Source of the DNA: the human T2T-CHM13v2.0 reference genome, Homo sapiens
Strand: one strand, 5' to 3'
Length of the DNA stretch: 64,000 nt
Assembly (NCBI RefSeq): GCF_009914755.1
Contig: NC_060944.1
Shown here piece by piece: positions 55,401 to 64,000 of the stretch. Position 1 is the stretch's first letter; each line of letters begins with the position of its first letter. Made by a program: the position numbers and the translations under genes. The notes beneath the pieces were generated by a model that did not search any database, was not told the DNA's origin, and was given only the letters and a program-made list of their open reading frames with translations.

Positions 55401-58400
55401 TGGATAGCTTTGAGGATTTCGTTGGAAACGGGTATGTCTTCAGATAAACTCTAGACAGAAGCATTCTCAGAAACTTCTTTGGGATGTTGCATTCAAGTCA
55501 CAGAGTAGAACATTCCCATTCATAGAGCAGATTTGAAACACTCTTTTTGTAGTATCTGGAAGTGGACATTTGGAGCGCTTTCAGGCCTATGTTGAAAAAG
55601 GAAATATCTTCCCATAAAAACTAGACGGAAGCATTCTCAGAAACTTATTTGTGATGTGTTTGCTCAACTAACAGGATTGAACCATCGTTTTGAAGGAGCA
55701 GTTTTGAAACACTGTTTTCGTGGAATCTGCAAGTGGATATTTGGCTAGCTTTGAGGATTTCGTTGGAAACGGGATTACATATAAAAAGGAGACAGCAGCA
55801 TTCTCAGAAACTTCTTTGTGATGTCTGCATTCAATTCACAGAGTTGAGCATTCCCTTTCATAGAGCAGGTTGGAAACACTCTTTTTGTAGTATCTGGATG
55901 AGGACATTTGGAGCGCTTTCAGGCGTATGGTGAAAAAGGAAATATCTTCCCGTAAAAACTAGACAGAAGCATTCTCAGAAGTTTATTTGTGATGTGTGCC
56001 CTCAACTAACAGAGTTGAACCTTTCTTTTGATAGAGCAGTTTTGAAACACTCTTTTTGTAAAATCTGCAAGAGGATATTTGGATAGCTTTGAGGATTTCG
56101 TTGCAAACGGGAATGGCTTCATATAAACTCTAGACAGAAGCATTCTCAGAAACTTCGTTGGGATGTTTCGATTGAAGTCCCAGTGTTGAACATTCCCTTT
56201 TATAGAGCAGGTTGGAAACACTCTTTCTGCATTCCCTGGAAGTGGACATTTGGAGCGCTTTCAGGACGACGGTGAAAATGGAAATATCTTCCAAGAAAAT
56301 CTAGATAGAAGCAATGTCAGAAACTTTTATGTGATGGATCTACTCAGCTAACAGAGTTGAACCTTTCTTTTGAGAGAGCAGTTTTGCAACACTCTTTTTG
56401 TGGAATATGCAAGTGGATATTAGGGCAGCTTTGAGGATTTCGTTGGAAACGGGAATACATGTAAAAAGCAGACAGCAGCATTCTCAGAAACTTCTTTGTG
56501 ATGTTTGCATTGAAGTCACAGAGTTGAACATTCCCTTTGAGAGAGCAGGTTTGAAACACGCCTTTTGTCATATCTGGAAGTGTCCATTCGGAGCGCATTC
56601 AGGCTTGTGTTGAAAAAGGAAATATCCTGCCATAAAAACTAGACAGAAGCATTCTCAGAAACTTATCTGTGATGTATGTACTCAACTAACAGAACTAAAC
56701 CATCGTTTTGAAGGAGCAGTTTTGAAACACTCTTTTTGCGGAATCTGCAAGTGGATATTTGGCTAGCTGGGAGGATTTCGTTGGAAACGGGATTACATAC
56801 AAAAAGCAGACAGCAGCATTCTCAGAAACTTCTTTGTGATGTTTGCATTCAAGTCACAGAGTTGAACATTCCCTTTCATAGAGCAGGTTTGAAACACTCT
56901 TTTTGTAGTATCTGGATGTGGACATTTGGATCGCTTTCAGGCCTATGGTGAAAAAGGAAATATCTTCCCATGAAAACTAGACAGAAGCATTCTCAGAAAC
57001 TTATTTGTGATGTGTGCCCTCAACTGACAGTGTTGAACCTTTGTTTTGATAGAGCAGTTCTGAAACACACTTTTTGTAAAATCTGCAAGAGGATATTTGG
57101 ATAGCTTTGAGGATTTCGTTGGAAACGGGAATGTCTTCATGTAAACTCTAGACAGAAGCATTCTCAGAAACTGCTTTGGGATGTTTCAATTGAAGTCCCA
57201 GTGTTGAACATTCCCATTCATAGAGCAGGTTTGAAACACTCTTTTTGTACTATCTGGAAGTGGACATTTGGAGCGCTTTCAGGTCTACGGTGAAAAAGGA
57301 GATATCTTCCAATAAAAACTAGATAGAAGCAATGTCAGAACTTTTTTCATGATGTATCTACTCAGCAAACAGAGTTGAACCTTTCTTTTGAGAGAGCAGT
57401 TTTGAAACACTCTTTTTGTGGAATATGCAAGTGGGTATTAGGCCAGCTTGGAGGATTTCGTTGGAAACGGGAATACGTATAAAAAGCAGACAGCAGCATT
57501 GTCAGAAACTACTTTGTGATGTTTGCATTCAAGTCACAGAATTGAACACTCCCTTTCACAGAGCAGGTTTGAAACACTCTTTTTGTAGTGTCTGTAAGTG
57601 AACATTTGGATTGCTTTCAGGCCTAAGGTGAAAAAGGAAATATCTTCCCATAAAAACTAGACAGAAGCATTCTCAGAAACTTGTTTGTGATGTGTGCCCT
57701 CTACTGACAGAGTTGAACCTTTCTTTGCAAAGAGCAGTTTTGAAACACTCTTTTTGTAGAATCTGCAAGAGGATATTTGGATAGCTTTGAGGATTTCTTG
57801 GGAAACGGGAATGTCTTCAGATAAACTCTAGACAGAAGCATTCTCAGAAACTTCTTTGGGATGTTTCAATTGAAGTCACAGTGTTGAACATTCCCTTTCA
57901 CAGAGCAGGTTTGAAACACTCTTTTTGTAGTGTCTATAAGTGAACATTTGGCGTGCTTTCAGGCCTAACGTGAAAAAGGAAATATCTTCCCATAAAAACT
58001 AGACAGAAGCATTCTCAGAAACTTGTTCGTGATGTGTGCCCTCTACTGACAGAGTTGAACCTTTCTTTGCAAAGAGCAGCTTTGAAACACTCTTTTTGTA
58101 GAATCTGCAAGAGGATATTTGGATAGCTTTGAGGATTTCGTTGGAAACGGGTATGTCTTCAGATAAACTCTAGACAGAAGCATTCTCAGAAACTTCTTTG
58201 GGATGTTGCATTCAAGTCACAGAGTAGAACATTCCCATTCATAGAGCAGATTTGAAACACTCTTTTTGTAGTATCTGGAAGTGGACATTTGGAGCGCTTT
58301 CAGGCCTAGGTTGAAAAAGGAAATATCTTCCCATAAAAACTAGACGGAAGCATTCTCAGAAACTTACTTGTGATGTGTTTGCTCAACTAACAGAATTGAA

Positions 58401-61400
58401 CCATCGTTTTGAAGGAGCAGTTTTGAAACACTGTTTTCGTGGAATCTGCAAGTGGGTATTTGGCTAGCTTTGAGGATTTCGTTGGAAACGGGATTACATA
58501 TAAAAAGGAGACAGCAGCATTCTCAGAAACTTCTTTGTGATGTCTGCATTCAATTCACAGAGTTGAGCATTCCCTTTCATAGAGCAGGTTGGAAACACTC
58601 TTTTTGTAGTATCTGGATGAGGACATTTGGAGCGCTTTCAGGCGTATGGTGAAAAAGGAAATATCTTCCCGTAAAAACTAGACAGAAGCATTCTCAGAAG
58701 TTTATTTGTGATGTGTGCCCTCAACTAACAGAGTTGAACCTTTCTTTTGATAGAGCAGTTTTGAAACACTCTTTTTGTAAAATCTGCAAGAGGATATTTG
58801 GATAGCTTTGAGGATTTCGTTGCAAACGGGAATGGCTTCATATAAACTCTAGACAGAAGCATTCTCAGAAACTTCGTTGGGATGTTTCGATTGAAGTCCC
58901 AGTGTTGAACATTCCCTTTTATAGAGCAGGTTGGAAACACTCTTTCTGCATTCCCTGGAAGTGGACATTTGGAGCGCTTTCAGGACGACGGTGAAAATGG
59001 AAATATCTTCCAATAAAATCTAGATAGAAACAACGTCAGAAACTTTTATGTGATGGATCTACTCAGCTAACAGAGTTGAACCTTTCTTTTGAGAGAGCAG
59101 TTTTGCAACACTCTTTTTGTGGAATATGCAAGTGGATATTAGGGCAGCTTTGAGGATTTCGTTGGAAACGGGAATACATGTAAAAAGCAGACAGCAGCAT
59201 TCTCAGAAACTTCTTTGTGATGTTTGCATTGAAGTCACAGAGTTGAACATTCCCTTTGAGAGAGCAGGTTTGAAACACGCCTTTTGTCATATCTGGAAGT
59301 GTCCATTCGGAGCGCATTCAGGCTTGTGTTGAAAAAGGAAATATCCTCCCATAAAAACTAGACAGAAGCATTCTCAGAAACTTATCTGTGATGTATGTAC
59401 TCAACTAACAGAACTAAACCATCGTTTTGAAGGAGCAGTTTTGAAACACTCTTTTTGCGGAATCTGCAAGTGGATATTTGGCTAGCTGGGAGGATTTCGT
59501 TGGAAACGGGATTACATACAAAAAGCAGACAGCAGCATTCTCAGAAACTTCTTTGTGATGTTTGCATTCAAGTCACAGAGTTGAACATTCCCTTTCATAG
59601 AGCAGGTTTGAAACACTCTTTTTGTAGTATCTGGATGTGGACATTTGGATCGCTTTCAGGCCTATGGTGAAAAAGGAAATATCTTCCCATGAAAACTAGA
59701 CAGAAGCATTCTCAGAAACTTATTTGTGATGTGTGCCCTCAACTGACAGTGTTGAACCTTTGTTTTGATAGAGTAGTTCTGAAACACACTTTTTGTAAAA
59801 TCTGCAAGAGGATATTTGGATAGCTTTGAGGATTTCGTTGGAAACGGGAATGTCTTCATGTAAACTCTAGACAGAAGCATTCTCAGAAACTGCTTTGGGA
59901 TGTTTCAATTGAAGTCCCAGTGTTGAACATTCCCTTTCATAGAGCAGGTTTGAAACACTCTTTTTGTACTATCTGGAAGTGGACATTTGGAGCGCTTTCA
60001 GGTCTACGGTGAAAAAGGAGATACCTTCCAATAAAAACTAGATAGAAGCAATGTCAGAACTTTTTTCATGATGTATCTACTCAGCAAACAGAGTTGAACC
60101 TTTCTTTTGAGAGAGCAGTTTTGAAACACTCTTTTTGTGGAATATGCAAGTGGGTATTAGGCCAGCTTGGAGGATTTCGTTGGAAACGGGAATACGTATA
60201 AAAAGCAGACAGCAGCATTGTCAGAAACTACTTTGTGATGTTTGCATTCAAGTCACAGAATTGAACACTCCCTTTCACAGAGCAGGTTTGAAACACTCTT
60301 TTTGTAGTGTCTGTAAGTGAACATTTGGATTGCTTTCAGGCCTAAGGTGAAAAAGGAAATATCTTCCCATAAAAACTAGACAGAAGCATTCTCAGAAACT
60401 TGTTTGTGATGTGTGCCCTCTACTGACAGAGTTGAACCTTTCTTTGCAAAGAGCAGTTTTGAAACACTCTTTTTGTAGAATCTGCAAGAGGATATTTGGA
60501 TAGTTTTGAGGATTTCTTGGGAAACGGGAATGTCTTCAGATAAACTCTAGACAGAAGCATTCTCAGAAACTTCTTTGGGATGTTTCAATTGCAGTCACAG
60601 TGTTGAACATTCCCTTTCACAGAGCAGGTTTGAAACACTCTTTTTATAGTGTCTATAAGTGAACATTTGGCGTGCTTTCAGGCCTAACGTGAAAAAGGAA
60701 ATATCTTCCCATAAAAACTAGACAGAAGCATTCTCAGAAACTTGTTCTTGATGTGTGCCCTCTACTGACAGAGTTGAACCTTTCTTTGCAAAGAGCAGCT
60801 TTGAAACACTCTTTTTGTAGAATCTGCAAGAGGATATTTGGATAGCTTTGAGGATTTCGTTGGAAACGGGTATGTCTTCAGATAAACTCTAGACAGAAGC
60901 ATTCTCAGAAACTTCTTTGGGATGTTGCATTCAAGTCACAGAGTAGAACATTCCCATTCATAGAGCAGATTTGAAACACTCTTTTTGTAGTATCTGGAAG
61001 TGGACATTTGGAGCGCTTTCAGGCCTATGTTGAAAAAGGAAATATCTTCCCATAAAAACTAGACGGAAGCATTCTCAGAAACTTATTTGTGATGTGTTTG
61101 CTCAACTAACAGGATTGAACCATCGTTTTGAAGGAGCAGTTTTGAAACACTGTTTTCGTGGAATCTGCAAGTGGATATTTGGCTAGCTTTGAGGATTTCG
61201 TTGGAAACGGGATTACATATAAAAAGGAGACAGCAGCATTCTCAGAAACTTCTTTGTGATGTCTGCATTCAATTCACAGAGTTGAGCATTCCCTTTCATA
61301 GAGCAGGTTGGAAACACTCTTTTTGTAGTATCTGGATGAGGACATTTGTAGCGCTTTCAGGCGTATGGTGAAAAAGGAAATATCTTCCCGTAAAAACTAG

Positions 61401-63562
61401 CCATAAGCATTCTCAGAAGTTTATTTGTGATGTGTGCCCTCAACTAACAGAGTTGAACCTTTCTTTTGATAGAGCAGTTTTGAAACACTCTTTTTGTAAA
61501 ATCTGCAAGAGGATATTTGGATAGCTTTGAGGATTTCGTTGTAAACGGGAATGGCTTCATATAAACTCTAGACAGAAGCATTCTCAGAAACTTCGTTGGG
61601 ATGTTTCGATTGAAGTCCCAGTGTTGAACATTCCCTTTTATAGAGCAGGTTGGAAACACTCTTTCTGCATTCCCTGGAAGTGGACATTTGGAGCGCTTTC
61701 AGGACGACGGTGAAAATGGAAATATCTTCCAAGAAAATCTAGATAGAAGCAATGTCAGAAACTTTTATGTGATGGATCTACTCAGCTAACAGAGTTGAAC
61801 CTTTCTTTTGAGAGAGCAGTTTTGCAACACTCTTTTTGTGGAATATGCAAGTGGATATTAGGGCAGCTTTGAGGATTTCGTTGGAAACGGGAATACATGT
61901 AAAAAGCAGACAGCAGCATTCTCAGAAACTTCTTTGTGATGTTTGCATTGAAGTCACAGAGTTGAACATTCCCTTTAAGAGAGCAGGTTTGAAACACGCC
62001 TTTTGTCATATCTGGAAGTGTCCATTCGGAGCGCATTCAGGCTTGTGTTGAAAAAGGAAATATCCTCCCATAAAAACTAGACAGAAGCATTCTCAGAAAC
62101 TTATCTGTGATGTATGTACTCAACTAACAGAACTAAACCATCGTTTTGAAGGAGCAGTTTTGAAACACTCTTTTTGCGGAATCTGCAAGTGGATATTTGG
62201 CTAGCTGGGAGGATTTCGTTGGAAACGGGATTACATACAAAAAGCAGACAGCAGCATTCTCAGAAACTTCTTTGTGATGTTTGCATTCAAGTCACAGAGT
62301 TGAACATTCCCTTTCATAGAGCAGGTTTGAAACACTCTTTTTGTAGTATCTGGATGTGGACATTTGGATCGCTTTCAGGCCTATGGTGAAAAAGGAAATA
62401 TCTTCCCATGAAAACTAGACAGAAGCATTCTCAGAAACTTATTTGTGATGTGTGCCCTCAACTGACAGTGTTGAACCTTTGTTTTGATAGAGCAGTTCTG
62501 AAACACACTTTTTGTAAAATCTGCAAGAGGATATTTGGATAGCTTTGAGGATTTCGTTGGAAACGGGAATGTCTTCATGTAAACTCTAGACAGAAGCATT
62601 CTCAGAAACTGCTTTGGGATGTTTCAATTGAAGTCCCAGTGTTGAACATTCCCATTCATAGAGCAGGTTTGAAACACTCTTTTTGTACTATCTGGAAGTG
62701 GACATTTGGAGCGCTTTCAGGTCTACGGTGAAAAAGGAGATATCTTCCAATAAAAACTAGATAGAAGCAATGTCAGAACTTTTTTCATGATGTATCTACT
62801 CAGCAAACAGAGTTGAACCTTTCTTTTGAGAGAGCAGTTTTGAAACACTCTTTTTGTGGAATATGCAAGTGGGTATTAGGCCGGCTTGGAGGATTTGGTT
62901 GGAAACGGGAATACGTATAAAAAGCAGACAGCAGCATTGTCAGAAACTACTTTGTGATGTTTGCATTCAAGTCACAGAATTGAACACTCCCTTTCACAGA
63001 GCAGGTTTGAAACACTCTTTTTGTAGTGTCTGTAAGTGAACATTTGGATTGCTTTCAGGCCTAAGGTGAAAAAGGAAATATCTTCCCATAAAAACTAGAC
63101 AGAAGCATTCTCAGAAACTTGTTTGTGATGTGTGCCCTCTACTGACAGAGTTGAACCTTTCTTTGCAAAGAGCAGTTTTGAAACACTCTTTTTGTAGAAT
63201 CTGCAAGAGGATATTTGGATAGTTTTGAGGATTTCTTGGGAAACGGGAATGTCTTCAGATAAACTCTAGACAGAAGCATTCTCAGAAACTTCTTTGGGAT
63301 GTTTCAATTGAAGTCACAGTGTTGAACATTCCCTTTCACAGAGCAGGTTTGAAACACTCTTTTTATAGTGTCTATAAGTGAACATTTGGCGTGCTTTCAG
63401 GCCTAACGTGAAAAAGGAAATATCTTCCCATAAAAACTAGACAGAAGCATTCTCAGAAACTTGTTCGTGATGTGTGCCCTCTACTGACAGAGTTGAACCT
63501 TTCTTTGCAAAGAGCAGCTTTGAAACACTCTTTTTGTAGAATCTGCAAGAGGATATTTGGAT
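25497..63562 (+). repeat. HOR units 10-23: fourteen consecutive canonical 16-mers (2719 bp each)
   Basis: Equivalent ORFs from 25824 to 61171 in exact 2719 bp steps; the next unit start is at 63563. Confidence 0.95.
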
Positions 63563-64000
63563 AGCTTGGAGGATTTCGTTGGAAACGGGTATGTCTTCAG
63601 ATAAACTCTAGACAGAAGCATTCTCAGAAACTTCTTTGGGATGTTGCATTCAAGTCACAGAGTAGAACATTCCCATTCATAGAGCAGATTTGAAACACTC
63701 TTTTTGTAGTATCTGGAAGTGGACATTTGGAGCGCTTTCAGGCCTATGTTGAAAAAGGAAATATCTTCCCATAAAAACTGGACGGAAGCATTCTCAGAAA
63801 CTTATTTGTGATGTGTTTGCTCAACTAACAGGATTGAACCATCGTTTTGAAGGAGCAGTTTTGAAACACTGTTTTCGTGGAATCTGCAAGTGGATATTTG
63901 GCTAGCTTTGAGGATTTCGTTGGAAACGGGATTACATATAAAAAGGAGACAGCAGCATTCTCAGAAACTTCTTTGTGATGTCTGCATTCAATTCACAGAG
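63563..64000 (+). repeat. Partial HOR unit 24 (truncated by the window edge)
   Basis: agcttggaggatttcgttggaaacgggtatg starts at 63563 and follows the unit 1 sequence to the end. Confidence 0.93.

Larger units (their letters stand above)
1..64000 (+). repeat. Centromeric alpha-satellite higher-order repeat array (dimeric, SF2-like; probably D20Z2/S2C20H1L of human chr20)
   Basis: Alphoid motifs (agacagaagcattctcagaaact, gaaacactctttttgt, ggacatttggagcgctttcagg) recur every ~170 bp. The CENP-B box position recurs every 338-342 bp. The ORF track repeats at 2719 bp (3061/3060 in three places). Alpha-satellite identity is secure; the chr20 assignment is recalled from SF2 wording plus the 16-mer length (about 0.7). 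Confidence 0.98.

Noticed and set aside
328-63039. Repeating 61-84 aa ORFs on both strands
   Set aside because: They are chance open frames of alpha-satellite, many with GTG/TTG starts, recurring at the HOR period and appearing or vanishing with single SNVs (e.g. the MKHPK and 44370-type frames). No recognisable domain.
1-64000. CRISPR-like repeat/spacer pattern from conserved motifs such as agacagaagcattctcagaaact
   Set aside because: The intervening sequence is itself homologous monomer sequence rather than unique spacers, and there are no cas genes.
1-64000. Inversions, L1/Alu insertions or a novel gene system
   Set aside because: Exact HOR spacing leaves no room for inserted sequence, and all boxes lie on the + strand. 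Nothing supports an undescribed coding or RNA system.

Overview
The whole window is primate (very probably human) centromeric alpha-satellite DNA: about 376 tandem ~167-171 bp monomers, all in one orientation, with no unique sequence, transposon or credible gene. Monomers alternate between CENP-B-box and pJ-alpha-box types and carry suprachromosomal family 2 (D1/D2)-like wording. They form a highly homogeneous higher-order repeat (HOR). Phased from position 1 there are 20 copies of a 2719 bp 16-mer, three copies of an 18-mer variant (3061, 3061, 3060 bp) and a partial copy at the end. A dimeric SF2 16-mer of this size best fits the live chromosome 20 array D20Z2 (S2C20H1L); this is from recall, not from a search. 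All ORFs in the track are repeat artefacts. I found no new coding or RNA system. The interesting content is array evolution: a single-origin 18-mer that arose at an internal ~96% identical dimer repeat, a fossil 1018 bp hexamer inside the HOR, super-periods of 8.5 kb (3 HORs) and 5438 bp (2 HORs), interleaved SNV haplotype domains and local CENP-B box losses. Variant calls were made by eye and may be incomplete.
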